From the NCBI GenBank assembly GCA_964016885.1, contig OZ024744.1, positions 57,102,001-57,166,000 on the forward strand: 64,000 bases of DNA, given 5' to 3'. Every line of letters begins with the position of its first letter. The stretch's first letter is position 1. Position numbers and translations under genes: made by a program. Below are positions 50,701 to 64,000 of this stretch, in pieces. This stretch comes from Eledone cirrhosa. Taxonomy: Eukaryota. The notes under the pieces were generated by a model that had not been told where the DNA came from, did no database searches, and saw only the letters and a list, made by a program, of their open reading frames with translations.

Positions 50701-51145
50701 CCCGAGCAGGGACCCTGCAAAAAAGATCTGTCCAAGGTGCGTGCGAGACGAAGAAACCGTCGCGCACGCATTCATACACTGCCCGGGCGTCACTGACCTG
50801 TGGGGCTATGTAGAACGACTATTGTCGCGGGTGGGACCAATCCAGTTGACCACCGAGTCCATTGTCATGATCAAACCGCCACCCTCCTTCAAAAACGAAG
50901 GAGAGGCGGTTTTCCTTTGTGTGATAGCTATGGCGAAAGAGGTTGTATGGTGGACAAGGTTGAAAGGGCTGAGGTCAGACACCTTTCTCTCCGGCCAACA
51001 ACTGATTCTTTTTTTCAAATACCACTTTGGAAGAAGAATCAGGATGGAGAGAGAGGTGCTGTACCCCAGCAAGTTTTATGAAAGGTGGGTGAAAGTGGCG
51101 AGAATGGCCCGAGTGAATGGGCCTTCTCTCTATATCAGCCTGTAG
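47706..51145 (+). pseudogene. Tx1-like ORF2 (APE, RT, C-terminal Cys-rich region), several frameshifts/stops
   Basis: VNVRGL, YSDHK, PGYWKLN, KSPGIDGLP.EFY, FRPITLLN, IRQGCPLS, YADDV, GGLG, CPRC..ET..HAFIHC. Confidence 0.95.
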
Positions 51146-51405
51146 GTTGAGGAAAAGGAGGAGGAGAGGAAAGGAGTACAAGCTCTTCGTACTCCTGGAG
51201 ATGAGGGTTGCACATTTTTTTTCGGGGGTATGTGTTACCCATATAAACTGTCTCCCTCTATTGGGGAAAATCGACTAACTTTTAAATTCCATCTGTGATA
51301 ACATTTTACACGTTTTTATTGTATGTAAACTTCCCCCTTTGTATTTGTCCCCTTCTTTTGTGCCCCTGTGGCTAATAAAGAAATATATCTATTTATCTAT
51401 CTATC

Positions 51406-54400
51406 TCGGATAGTGTTGATGTGTGCCATTTCGCTTGTAAGTTTTTTGTTAATTTTATATGCAAAAAACAGGAACTTTTTGTTAAAAAATATATTGCTTC
51501 GTAAAAAATATATTGCTTCGTAGATTAACCCCCAGGCTGAATTGTCAGCTGGGCGGTAATTTCATTTTCCGCCCCAGTGGGGCGGAAATTTTATTTGAAA
51601 AAATTTCAAAAAAATTAATATTTTTGCTATCGATAATGGCTAGCTTAGTAGAAGGAACGCTGAATGGACCACACAGCTTATAACAGACAAAAGTGACAAC
51701 GAAAAAAGTGACAACCACAACAAGAAGAGCACCACAAAAAAAAAAAAAAACATTTGCACAAACAAGACTTCAAGAATCTTGATATCTCCAATGCGAGACA
51801 ATTGCTTTCTGAAGCAAAAAAATTTGTAATTTTCGAAGAAAAAGTTGGGTTTAAGATAAACTCACCCCAAGAAATGAAACCTTCAGAACTGTTTCAAATG
51901 AGACAAGAAAGCTGGCATTCCTCAGTCAAGGGGAAATAGAAACAACGTTGAAGGAGGTTTTGCCGGATATAGACTTTATGCAGAGGGCCAGACAGTATGG
52001 AAGCATTTTGGTGCTCCTCAAAAGCAAGGCCCTCGCACAGAAATATTCAGTAATGCCAATAAGTTCCAATAAGTACACCTTTTTCGCTACTTACCTGGGA
52101 AAAATTTTGAACATACCACCAAATATTAATATTTGGTGGATTTTGGCAGGATTTTTAGAGGAGGAAGAGGACACCATCCTCTCCATAAAAAAATCAACCA
52201 GACACACGTGGTCTGGTACAAATTTGGAGATTCTGGTGCAAATGAGGCCGGAGAGAATCTCCAAAATACACGAAAGAGTACCGGTGGATAAAAACAGCCA
52301 CATAAACATTTCAACTGAAGGAAAGAGGCCATACTGCTTTCGATGTAACAGTACATCACATTTAAAGGCCTCCTGCCCTTTACAGACAAACTTAAAAAAA
52401 CAATCCCCCAAAATATTCGTACTAACACTAACACCAATACCACCGCCACCACCACAACAACAACAGCACCACACAAAACAAGCAAACACACCAAAACAAA
52501 CAGCCACTCAATCAACAACAACAGAAAAAATGCAGACAACTCCCCTGAAGAACACAGTCCCACCCCATCCCACTCCATTCAACACTACCACAAACACTCA
52601 CACAAAAACACCATCACCACACAACATACCCCCACCGCACGCTTTTGATGACGATTCATCGTCAGACGAGGCTACTTTTCCATCCCCAAATGAAGATGAA
52701 GGAGAGCCTCGGAAATCAAAGAAACAAAAAAAGAGACACCTCAAAGCCACAAAAACACCAATCACCAACACGAACACACAACCACCAACACAAACAACAA
52801 CACAAACACCACCACATTCAACAGCAAAACAAACACCAACACCACCCCAAACACAAATGCCCACCATAAAAAGAAAACTACAAAATGAACACCAAACCAA
52901 AACAACACAACAAAAAAACAAACAACAATACACATACATTAATACAAACAACAGAAACCTAATGGAGGTCATCTCCCAAGACCCCAAAGTAGAAACTGAG
53001 GGGAAAACTTTTGTCAAGTCAGACTCTCAACCACACCTTAAACTGATAAAGGTTTCGATGGAAACCTACCACAAATTAAAAGAACAATTTTCGCAAGACG
53101 TTAGCAACCCCTGTCAAAAACCTATTAACTGCGTCCTATTAAAATGTTCCCCACCCCACCAAACACTTCCACCAGCACCCAAATGGAGATTGAACAACCC
53201 GATCTCCAGGAAACGAAAAGGTAAGTGCATCTTTTCGTCCTTTTTCGCCAACTCTTCTCACCTACATGGCTAATTTATGAGTTGGAAGTGTGAATGTGCG
53301 TGGCCTAGGGATGCCCTGGAAACAGAGTCAACTTTTAAATGACTTTAGGTCACATGGTATGGATGTGATAGCCATCACCGAGTCCAGGATCCACAACAGG
53401 CAGCAACTAACCCCCATCTTTCAATGACATTGAGATCTACGCATCTCTGTCAGTCAGGAGGTGGAAGGGGAGTGGCTGTCATGTTTCAGAAAAACCTGAC
53501 CTCGAAATACAGCAAGTACACTTGGACCCGGAGGGTAGACTGGTAGTCCTAGACGTGAACAGTGTTGGAGGTGGAGCCTTCAGACTGGTGGCCGTTTATG
53601 CCCCGACTGGGCAATCACGGCCAGACTTCTTTAAGCGTCTAGAGTCTTTTCTGGGAACGTCTCGCTCCTTGCTTTTGGTGGGGGACTGGGATGGTATCCT
53701 AGATAGACGATGGGACTATGTAGGAACATGTCCCAGTAGAGGTGGTGCAACAACCTCAACATTTTAATCAACTAGATTTCCCGACTGCACCACAGATCGT
53801 ATTTAGATAGGTTCTTTATTAGAGAGAGAGAGAGAGACAAGAAGATGTTAAGCTATCCACAAATGTACATGGTTGCCTAGTCAGACCACAAACTAGTCAC
53901 CTGCATAGTCAATCATGATAAAACACATAGGCAAGGACCCGAATACTGGAAGCTGAACATGTTGTTACCGACCTGTAAAGCCTACAGTGAACGGATAAGT
54001 AGATTAGTTAAGCAACAGTTGACAGGAGCCATCGTCAACAATGGATGGTCGTACTCTCTCAAGAGAACAATTACAGTAGAGTCGATAGCTTTTAGCAAAG
54101 AACTAGCCTTAGAGAAAAACAAAACAGAAACAGAACTAGTAGCCAAGGTAGAGGAGGCGTTTAGGTGTGGCAACACAGCTAGAGTGCTAGCAACGAGAAC
54201 GGCACTAGACCAGTTCTTCGATGCGAAACACGAAGGCTGCGTGGTCAGGAGTAGATCACGTGATCTAGGAAACGAGGGAGCAAAAGCTGTTTTGGCTGGG
54301 CCCGAGTGACAGAGGCGAAAAGTGGCAACAAGTCCACGAATTGGTCTTTGAAAGACCAAAACAGGCGCATGCTACTTGGTTCCAAGCGGATGTGCACGGC

Positions 54401-56823
54401 CTTTCAGTGGCACTTTGTGCAACTGTTCGAGCAGAGCGGTGCACCGAACAAGGCAATGAACTTCGGTTCATACCTCTACGTCCTGTCACGTCTCTCGAGC
54501 ATGGACGGCGAGTTCTGCGAAAGACCAATCACAGCTACTGAGATACGGGACGCTCTGGGCCGCTACGGGAAACGTAAATCACCCGGTTTAGATGGTCTAC
54601 CCTATGACTTTTTCATAGGTATGGTGGACTTGTTCTCTGGCGTCCTTGAAGCCGTCTACTGCAACTGGCAGCAGAACGGGAGAATTCCCAGTTCTGCAAG
54701 CAGGGGCGTAGTAATGCTGGTCAGGATAGATGAGAACAAGGGGGACGAACTAAGCAACTTTATGCCCATAACTCTCCTAAACACAGAGTTAAAGATTTTG
54801 GCCAAGGTGTTAGCAACGAGGCTTCGCTTGTCGAAGAGAACCTGGTGGGAAAAGCTCAAACGTGTGCAATTCCAACCAGGTCCATACACGACAACCTCCA
54901 CCTCATGCGATACATCATAGAGAGGGTGGGGTGTAAACCCGGCTTCAGTAGGGCTCTGATCAATTTAGATCAGTCTAAGGCGTTCGATAGGGTCGACCAT
55001 CGATACTTGGAAGTGGTTCTCAAGGCGGCCGGTTTCGGACCCGTCTTCAGAGGCTGGATCAAAGCAATGCACACCAACATCTGCTCGACGGTCAAGGTGA
55101 ACAGCTACCTATCGGAGCCGTTCGTAATCACGCGTTCCATTCGACAGGGATGCCCTCTCTCCTCCATTCTGTACGCATTGACTCTAGAGCCACTACTGCG
55201 GAAGTTGGAGCTTCTGTAGGGCATCCCGTTGGAACCGGGACTGCGGAAAGCGGCGTCGGCTTATGCCAACGATGTGTCAGTAATGGAGTCGAAAACCTCG
55301 GAAATCGGGGTGATCGGCAACTTACTGCAGGAATACGAAATGCTCACAGGAGCAAAACTGAACCTAGACAAGTCTGTCGGTTTGCAACTCGGAACATGGA
55401 GAAGCAAGCCGATGCCGTCCGACGCTGGACGGAAGGACCGCTGAAATTGCTCAGGGTCTGGTTCGGTCCGGACCTCCAGGTGGAGAAACACTGGACCGAG
55501 GTCACAGCCAAGGTATTTGTGCTCACCCAGAAGTGAACAGAGTGCACACTATCCTTGAAAGAACAAGCGGAGGTGGCGAACACTTTCATAGCATCCGTCA
55601 TCTACTACCGCTTGACCGTAGTGCCTTGTCCTCGTCAATACCTCACTAAGATGGAACGCATGCTCTTCCAGTTCCTTTGGAAGAAGAAGGCTCCACTGGT
55701 GAGGAGATCAGTCTGCTGTCAGCACTCTTCCAACGGAGGGCTGGGAATATCGTGGCTGATGATGCGAAAACACGCGCTGAGGCTACGGCATCTCTAGGTA
55801 TTCCTCACCGACCAACCGGTGTTGGCACCGTTTGTGAGACAGGGCTTCCCGCAACTTGTCTCGCTGACGGAGCTGCAGTCCTGGGTCAAGCGGAGACCGA
55901 AGAAAAATGGCGCCTGGCACATTGAATGCGCTCAGGCATCACACTCCTCTGTCAAGCGAGCACAGCAATCAGTGGAGACTCCACTTCGACATTCAACAGA
56001 GGGTTAGTACGTTACAAGTGCGATGACGTGCTCGGAGAGACTCGGCATCGAAGATGTTCGGTAGGACTTTCTGCCCGGGACCTATGGACTACCAGTTTGA
56101 GACAAGATCTACAGGCACGGATCCTTCCAAGAGGACGTATCCAAGATGCGAGCAAGACTTTGAAACCATCCTGCACGCAATTGTACACTGTCCGAGCGTA
56201 ACCGACCTGTGGAACTATGCGGAACAACTGCTGTCACGTATGGGACAAATCCAGTTGACTGCCGAGTCCATAGTAAAGATCAAACCGCCAACTTCTTTCA
56301 AAAACGAAAGAGAGGCGCTTTTCCTCTGTATAGTGGCTATGGTAAAAGAGGTTATATTGTGGACGAGATTGTGAGGACTGAGGACAGATGCCTTTCTCTC
56401 CGGACAACAACTCATTCCCTTCTTTAGGTACCACTTTAGAAGGAGAATCAGAGTGGAGAGAGAGGCACTGCACCCCAGTAAAATTACTGAAAGGTGGGTG
56501 AATGTAGCAAAAATGGCCCGAGTCATTGGGCCTTCTCTGTATATAAACCTGTAGGTTGAAGAAGAGAGCAAAAGGAAGAAAGGACCACTTGCACAGCATG
56601 CTCCTGGAATTGAGGGTTGTTCTATCGACGGGGTATTAAACAGCCCATTTGTAACGCCTCCCCCTATTGGCGATTTCGATTGTTAAATTTGTTTGTTTTA
56701 ATAATATTTTTACACAACTGTATGTAAAATCCCCAGCATGTGTCTTTGTATTGTCCCCTTTTCTTGTGCGCCCTTGTAGCAAATAAAGAAATATATCTAT
56801 CTATCTATCTATCTATCTATCTA
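51406..56823 (+). mobile_element. near full-length Tx1/L1-like LINE, subfamily B, more decayed
   Basis: ORF1 ~51636-53273 with CFRCNSTSHLKASC; ORF2 53266-56554 fragmented (LDQSKAFDRVDH, IRQGCPLS, YANDV); (TATC)n tail. Confidence 0.93.
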
Positions 56824-56929
56824 ATGCCTTTAACATCTTTGGAGTTGTAGTGGCCCTATAGTTATTTACAGTGTTTTGGGGGAATTTAAACCTGGCAACC
56901 TGGCAGAATACACCTCCCTCCAAGAGGAG

Positions 56930-56968
<39 letters not shown>

Positions 56969-57019
56969 CTGGAGAGAGAGAAAGATAGTGTGAGAGTGAG
57001 AGAGAGAGAGAGAGAAAGA

Positions 57020-57120
57020 GACATTTCCTGACATTTGTACATTATTCTATCTACTATACATGCACCTTTGATGAGTTGTAGTGCACCTGAGCACTGTACA
57101 CAATAATTTCATTATTTCAT
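57020..57120 (+). mobile_element. CR1 3'-end fragment, tail-to-tail with the 57.4-kb copy
   Basis: reverse complement of 57432-57525. Confidence 0.8.
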
Positions 57121-57418
57121 TTTATAACCTAATTCTTGAACTGCAAAAAGAGTCTTGAAAATGTTCAAGAATATTGACCTACACCAGACATGGGCCACCT
57201 TTTCTGAGCAGTGAGCCGTATAGGATGTCTCATCATAAGGTGGGCTGCACTTCTAAAAATTTCAAGGTAGTTTTAAAATTAGGTGTGCTATTAAGAAAGC
57301 CAAACAGGCCTCATGCAGCTCGTGGGCTGATGATGATGATGATGATGATAATGATGGTAGTGGTGATGATGGTGGTGGTGGTGGTGTTGATGATGATGTT
57401 GATGGTGATAGGGGTGAT

Positions 57419-60400
57419 GATAATAATAATAATAATGAAATTATTATGTACAGTGCTCAGGTGCACTACAACTCGTCAAAGGTGCATGTATAGTACATAG
57501 AATAATATACAAATGTCAAGGAAGTGAATAGTGTATGAGTCATGATATACATGTGTGCATGTGTATGGAGGGGGAATATTAGGTGTAGTGTTGGCGAATC
57601 TCGGGAAGCATGGAAGTTTTAAAGGATGCAGTGTCTCAACAGCTAACAACTGATGCAGGCAGTTTGTTCTATGCTTCAGCAACTCTGAGCATGAAAAACT
57701 GTTTCCGAAAGTCATGGGAGCTGTGCTGTTTTCTGACTTTGTGGGCATGCCCACGTGTGTTAGACACATGGAAATCAAAAAGGTACTCAGGGTTGTTGTT
57801 AGAAAGATGGTTAATAATTTTGTGTGTGTTTACCAAGTCAGTTGCCAGATGTCAGTGCTTCAATGTATCCATGCCCAGGGAAGCAAGGCGTTCAGAGTGT
57901 GGTAGATGCCTGATGGAGGGTATTCGCTTGGTAACACGTCTCTGAACAGTTTCCAGGCGGTCAATGTTGTGAGCAAGATGGGTGTTCCAGATTGGTGATG
58001 CAAATTCTAAGTGTGGCCGCACCATAGCCATGCACAGCTTTAAATAGATAGCTAGAGAGCAGCTGACAAAGGTCTTACTGAGTGATGCTAAGACACCCTC
58101 GGCCTTCTTGATAATTTTAGAGATGTGCTTTGTCCAATGCAAACCGCTGCTGACCGTAATGCCCAGGGGACGTTCACAAGAAGACTACTTGATATTAATG
58201 TTGTGGAGGGAGTATGTGGGCGCTGCGTTTTTACTCCCAAAATGCATGGTGATGCACTTGTCAACAGCCAGCTTGAGTTGTCAGTCTGTGATCCATTATT
58301 GCTTTGTGTCCAGGTCAGACTGCAAGCAAGATCTATAGTGTTCAGTATCTGTCCTTTTTATCTCAAGGTAAAGCTTGATGTCATCTGCATATTTCAGTAC
58401 TCTGGCATTCTTTAAGTTGGCATCTATGTCCTTAATATATGCCACAAAAAAAGGGGGCCAAGAACAGATCCCTGTGGTACACCAGTTGACATCTCATATG
58501 GTGAGGAATGCTGTCCTAGAACCGTGACTACCTCTCTTGACTGAGAATGAAGGACTTCAACCAGTTAAAAAGATCATCCTTCACACCCATTGTAGAGAGT
58601 TTTGCCATAAGTATTTTGTGTGGCACAGAATCGAAAGCTTTAGCAAAGTCAAGGTAAACAACATCCACCCATGAGCCGCCATCAGTGATCTGCGTGATGT
58701 CTTCAAGAAACTCTATAAGTTGATCACAGCAGCTGGAGTTAGCGATAAATCTGAATTGTGAGGGCCGGATAAGACTGTGAGAGTTCCAGAAGTTCCAAAG
58801 CGTTTCTCTGACACATGATTCCATCAGTTTGGCAATACAGCTAATAAGACTGACTGGATGATAGTTGACAGGTGGTGTGCAGTCACCCTTTTTGAACAGA
58901 GGAATGACACTGGCAGTTTTCCACTGTTCTGGAGTAGCACCATTGTTCAGACAGAATTGGAAGAAGCGGGATAGCTGTGCAGAAGGAAGTACCCACCACG
59001 TTTGAGAAGCAGGTACGTAACACCATCAAGACCAGGAGAGGCATGGTTGCATTTATTTTTAAGGTAACGTCACAGCATTGCAGGTGTAAATTCCATAGTT
59101 GTAATAGAATCCGATGTCAGAAGTGGTGGAGATGGTACACTCTGGTCTTCAATAGTGAAAATGCCTGCATAGCATTCAGCAATGAGTTCTGCGCATTCAT
59201 TGGGGTCGTCAGTAACCTGGCCTGTGTGGGGATTGTGAAGAGGACCAACTGGAGAGTGGGGCCTCTGCTTTGAGTGAACATACTTCCAGAACACCTTACT
59301 GCCAGGGCTGGTTGCTATGCACTGCTCACATTGAAGCACTGCCTTTTTTGTCACCTGTTTGAGATGGTTGGATGATTTATTTTGCTTCTTCCTATTGATA
59401 TCTGATTTATGCAGTTTGTACTCACGTTCAGCATTACAACATTCTCTTCTGGCAAGACAGACTGCTGCAGTCTCCCAAATTGCACTTTTGGGATGTTTTT
59501 TCTGCTTACGTGGCACCAATGCTGCACATGCTGTCCATATTGAGCTCAGGATGTTTTGGAGTACAGTGTTGACATCTCCAGAGTCGTAGAACTCAAGTCA
59601 GTTAGGACGTTGAAACTCGGTGCAGTAACAGCTCCAGTCTGCTTTATTCCTGTCAAAGTGAGCAGTTTGGAGATGGTTGTGGTTTTTGTTACTGCCCATG
59701 AGGGATAGATTGGCAATGATCATAGCATGATCAGAGTCACCTAAAGGTTCCTCAGTAGTAACACTAATAACCGTTTCAAGCGTAGTGGTGAAGAGTAGGT
59801 CCAAAGTGTTGTCACCTCTTGCTGGGGAGGTGACTACTTGGGACCAGTTCGAGTCCAGCACTAACTCAAGGAAGTCATTTGCACTTTGCGGCCAACGAAA
59901 GGTTTCCCAGTCAATCTCAGGGTGATTGAAGTCCCCTGCAATAAAAATATAAGTAGCTGTTTTCCTGGTAGCAACTCTGAGGATATCACAAAGCTGAGTG
60001 TCCTGATGGTAATTTGGGGTACGGTAAACGACTCCAAGTAGCAGTGTTGACATGGTCATACGTATATCGCAGAAAAATACTTTTTGCTGCGATTGGTTCA
60101 AATCAACACAAGGAATTGCCAAAAAATTTGACCGAACGTAGACCATTACACCACCACTACGACGATTAATGCGGTCTTTACGAAACAAATTGTAGCTAGT
60201 TATGCTGAAAACCCCGTCACAGAGTAAGGAATGTGCCCAAGTTTCCGTGATTGTAATGAAGTCAGGGTTGATACTTTTGACATAGGAGTCAAAAAGATGT
60301 ATCTTATTGCATAGACTACGTGCATTCAAGGACAACAATTTGACACTTGATTCCAGTCTATGATTATATGTAGGGGATGGCAAGTTGTTCTGATTTAGTT

Positions 60401-60640
60401 TTCCAGAGTTTTTTCAGTTTTTTTTTTATTGTCAGTTGTTGTGGGTACAGTGTTTGCAGACTAGCTGGTATCTCTTTTCCGTGTTTTACCAGTCTTAATA
60501 AACTTCCATATCTGCCCATCATCACATAGGCTGAAGTTTTCATCTTCTGCCGAACTGTGGTTTCAGAAAGCTGCAGCACGCAGCTTTGGACGGACATCAG
60601 GTGGAAGACAGGTGGTGTGCGTAAGTTTAGCACATTTGTT
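57419..60640 (-). mobile_element. CR1-clade LINE (APE + RT), disrupted
   Basis: LSLNARSL.NK, ITETW, GVVYR.P, AGDFNHP.IDW, LDL, SDH; DVVYLDFAKAFDSVPH; VRPHLEFASPIW, LETVQRR; (ATT)n tail. Confidence 0.93.
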
Positions 60641-60959
60641 AACGAGAAACATGTTTGTTTATGTTTTGTTTTTGCATTTCTGTTTCTGTTTTCCTATGTA
60701 TTGTGTGTGTGTGTATGCAAAAAGATCTGCACACGAATATATAATTACATATATATATAATTAAAAGGTGTATGTGGGTTAGAAGCGAAGTCAGTGTTCA
60801 GAAAGATTTTACAAATGTAAGTAAGATTGGCCGGTATAGTGTGGTTTCTTTTCACTTGTGTGTATATACGTGTGTGGTATGTATCTGTATATAGATCTGT
60901 GTGTATATTGTTGTTTATAGATTTTGTGAAGTACTTACTGTGATCCCTAAGGGATGTAG

Positions 60960-60971
60960 TGATGTTTATGG

Positions 60972-61014
<43 letters not shown>

Positions 61015-61330
61015 AGTGGTGATGGTGATGGTGGTGGTGGTGATGAGGATAATAGTGGTGGTGGTGGTGATGATGATGATGATGATGATTATGGTGGTGG
61101 TGGTGATGGTGATGGTGATGGTGATGATGATGGTGATGGAGGTGATGGTGATGATGGTGATGGAGATGATGATGACGATGATGATGTTGATGGTGATGGT
61201 GGTGACGATGATGGTGATGGTGATGATGATGACGATGATGATGATAATGATTGTGATGGTGGTGGTGGTGATGAAGTGTAGGAGGTGTTGGAGGACTATC
61301 ATGACAATGATAATGATGAAGAGGATGGGA
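60960..61330. repeat. (GAT)n/(GGT)n compound microsatellite
   Basis: direct inspection. Confidence 0.95.
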
Positions 61331-61717
61331 GGGGGGTGATGAGGATGAGGCTGAGGAGGATGATGGAGAAAGAGGTCACTTGCCAGTAGAAGAAGTATGA
61401 TAACTAAGGCAATGACTTTTCAGATTTGTTAGTGTGTCCAATAGAATATCCAGAGGCCTTTGTTCTGTCTCAGGTTCAAACCCTGCTAAGGTCAAACTTT
61501 ATCTTATATGTTTTGGGGAGATGATGGACTGGTGTAGGGAGGAGGGTCAGAGGTCAATAGAATAAACTACCAATACATAGTGAAGATTGCAGAAAATTGT
61601 TAGAGTATCAGACGTATGAGATAACAACAAGTGTCTGTTACAACACAGGTCAAATTCTGTCAGGGGTTACAAATCCCGTCAACATCCAGGACTACACATC
61701 CCAACTATAAGAGCACA

Positions 61718-62228
61718 TCACCACCACTGTCACCACTACTGTCACAACCACCACCATTGTCACTTTAACCATCGCAGCTACCACAACCACCACCACTGTC
61801 ATAACCACCAACCACCACTGTCACAACCACCACCCACAACTGTCACAACCACCACCCACAACTGTCACAACCACCAACCACCACTGTCACAACCACCACC
61901 ACTGTCACAACCACCAACCACCACTGTCACAACCACCAACCACCACCACTGTCACAACCACCACCACTGTCACAACCACTGTCACAACCACCACCACTCT
62001 CACAACCACCACCACTGTCACAACCACTGTCACAACCACCACCACTCTCACAACCACCACCACTGTCACAACCACCAACCACCACTGTCACAACCACCAC
62101 CACTGTCACAACCACCACCACTGTCACAACCACCACCACTGTCACAACCACCAACCACCACCACCACTATCATCATTGTCATCAACACCATCATCATCAT
62201 CACAACCACCATCCTCACCACCACCACC

Positions 62229-62262
<34 letters not shown>

Positions 62263-62380
62263 TCACCACCACCACCGCCATCATCATCATCATCACCACC
62301 ACCACCGCCATCATCATCATCACCAATACCACCCCCACCCCCACCACCACCACCATCATCATCATCACAATTAGCACCAT

Positions 62381-62412
<32 letters not shown>

Positions 62413-62673
62413 CCACCACCACCACCACCACCACCACCACCACCATCATCATCACAACCACCATCACCACCACCACCACCACCACCATCATCATCACCAC
62501 CACCATCACCACCACCACCACCACCACCACCATCACCACCACCACCACCACCATCACCACCACCACCACCACCACCATCATCATCATCACCACCACCACC
62601 ATCACCACCACCACCATCACCACCACCACCACCACCATCATCATCACCACCATCACCACCATCATCATCATCA
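61718..62673. repeat. ~18-bp minisatellite (CCACCACTGTCACAACCA) grading into (CAC)n/(CAT)n
   Basis: direct inspection. Confidence 0.93.
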
Positions 62674-62974
62674 TTAGTGTATGAAAATGACCTCAATTGT
62701 TATTTTTGTTTTTTTCTCTATTGTAATGTTTTATAATTTTGAAAATTAGATTCAATGCAATAACGATAGTTCGTTAAATATAATTACAACATAATTACAA
62801 CATAATTACAACATATTTTACAAAATATATAAAACAGTAAAAAAAAAACTGGAGTAAATAAATCTAATCTAAAAAAAACCTAAACAACAAATATATTACC
62901 ACTAACAATTATTGTTGTTTTCTTACATGAATGGTAAACATTAATTGATTTTAGATAAAATATTGATTTCTTTG

Positions 62975-63253
62975 TAGTAGAGAAGAGAGCGGGAAAGAGA
63001 GAGAGAGAGAGGAGGAGGGAGAAAGAGAGAGATGGGAGAGAGAAAGAGAGGGGGAGAAAGAGAGGGGGAGAAAGAGAGAGAGAGAGGAGGGGAGAGAGAG
63101 GGGGTAGGGAGAGAAGCAGAAAAGATATATAGATGAAGGATCAACCCAGATCAGGGCTGGTACTTTTTTTTATTGACCCTTGAAAGATGAAAAGTATACT
63201 ATATTTGTAGTAGAGAAGAGATGGAGAGAGAGAAAGAGAGAGAGAGAGAGAGT

Positions 63254-63285
<32 letters not shown>
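62975..63285. repeat. (GA)n-rich purine tracts
   Basis: direct inspection. Confidence 0.85.
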
Positions 63286-63429
63286 GTTGAAGGTGGTAGG
63301 CAGAGGCATAACTAGGGAAACACATGGGTTCAGGTATGGCAGTGTGGTTAAGGAGTTAGTTTTGTCACCATGTGGTTTTGTAATGAGTACAATTGCATGG
63401 AAATCGTCGTTTGAATAACTTTTGATCTT

Positions 63430-64000
63430 ACCGAAAGATATTCAGGACGTATCGGAAAATTCTTGCTGTTTCCAGCAAGCATGCTTTTTGAAGTGTTCCA
63501 AAAAAGGGGACTGGACTAATGTTCTTTAACCATCCTTGAAAACACTACGAGGTAGTACTTAGTGCTCCTATGACAATCGGGATGACCTTGATCTCATGAC
63601 AGTTCCAAATCCTTTTTAATTACCACTTTAAATCCTGGTATTAGTTCATTTTCTCCTCTTACACTCTTGTGTCAAAGGGGCAAGTTACATCTAAATCCGG
63701 CATGATATTTTTTCCTTGTAACAAACCACCAGGTCAGGCCTATTGTCTTCTAATTTCTTGTCCGTCTGTATCCTAAAATCCCATAGCATCTTCACTTGAT
63801 CGTTTTCTATCACCGACTCTGGCTTATGCTCATACCACTTCTCCGAATGTGGTAAATTGTTTACTTTGCATAGGTGCCAGTGGATCACCCTGCCCATCAC
63901 ATCATGTCTCCAGCCTTTATAGTGATTCTGGGCTAGGTGTTTAGACTCGGATACAATGTGAGCCACAGTCTCCTCTCTCTCTCCACAGATCCTACACAGT
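63430..64000 (-). mobile_element. R4/Dong-like LINE 3' part (CCHC region + REL endonuclease), continues beyond window
   Basis: HIVSE..LAQ..YK.WRHD..IHWHLC..WYEHKP..LWDFRIQTDK..NRPDLVV; LQKACLL. Confidence 0.85.

Larger units (their letters stand above)
45615..51405 (+). mobile_element. near full-length Tx1/L1-like LINE, subfamily A
   Basis: ORF1 + ORF2 + 3' UTR ending aataaagaaata(TATC)n. Confidence 0.95.

Noticed and set aside
57020-57525. Inverted repeat resembling a MITE or another ribozyme fold-back
   Set aside because: Explained by two CR1 3' ends inserted tail-to-tail.

Overview
This is eukaryotic, AT-rich, repeat-saturated DNA with no recognisable host protein-coding exon, rRNA or CRISPR array. 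The SINE, RTE and MITE families and the microsatellite load resemble a coleoid cephalopod (octopus-like) genome; that assignment is inference. The window holds decayed non-LTR retrotransposons of four clades (Tx1/L1-like, RTE, R4/Dong-like REL, CR1), a Penelope-like element (PLE) with an inverted 5' pseudo-LTR, many tRNA-derived SINEs, piggyBac- and Tc1/Tigger-like MITEs, non-autonomous Helitrons, a 4.1-kb 34-bp satellite and many micro/minisatellites. The most notable signal is four short, ORF-less fold-back palindromes at 34.4-40.1 kb, each beside (TA)n. They carry type-I hammerhead ribozyme folds of three unrelated sequence families, reading outward from the palindrome axis. Second, two Tx1-like subfamilies end in (TATC)n, appear to target it, and stack head-to-tail. 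All structures were folded and aligned by eye, and element boundaries are approximate.
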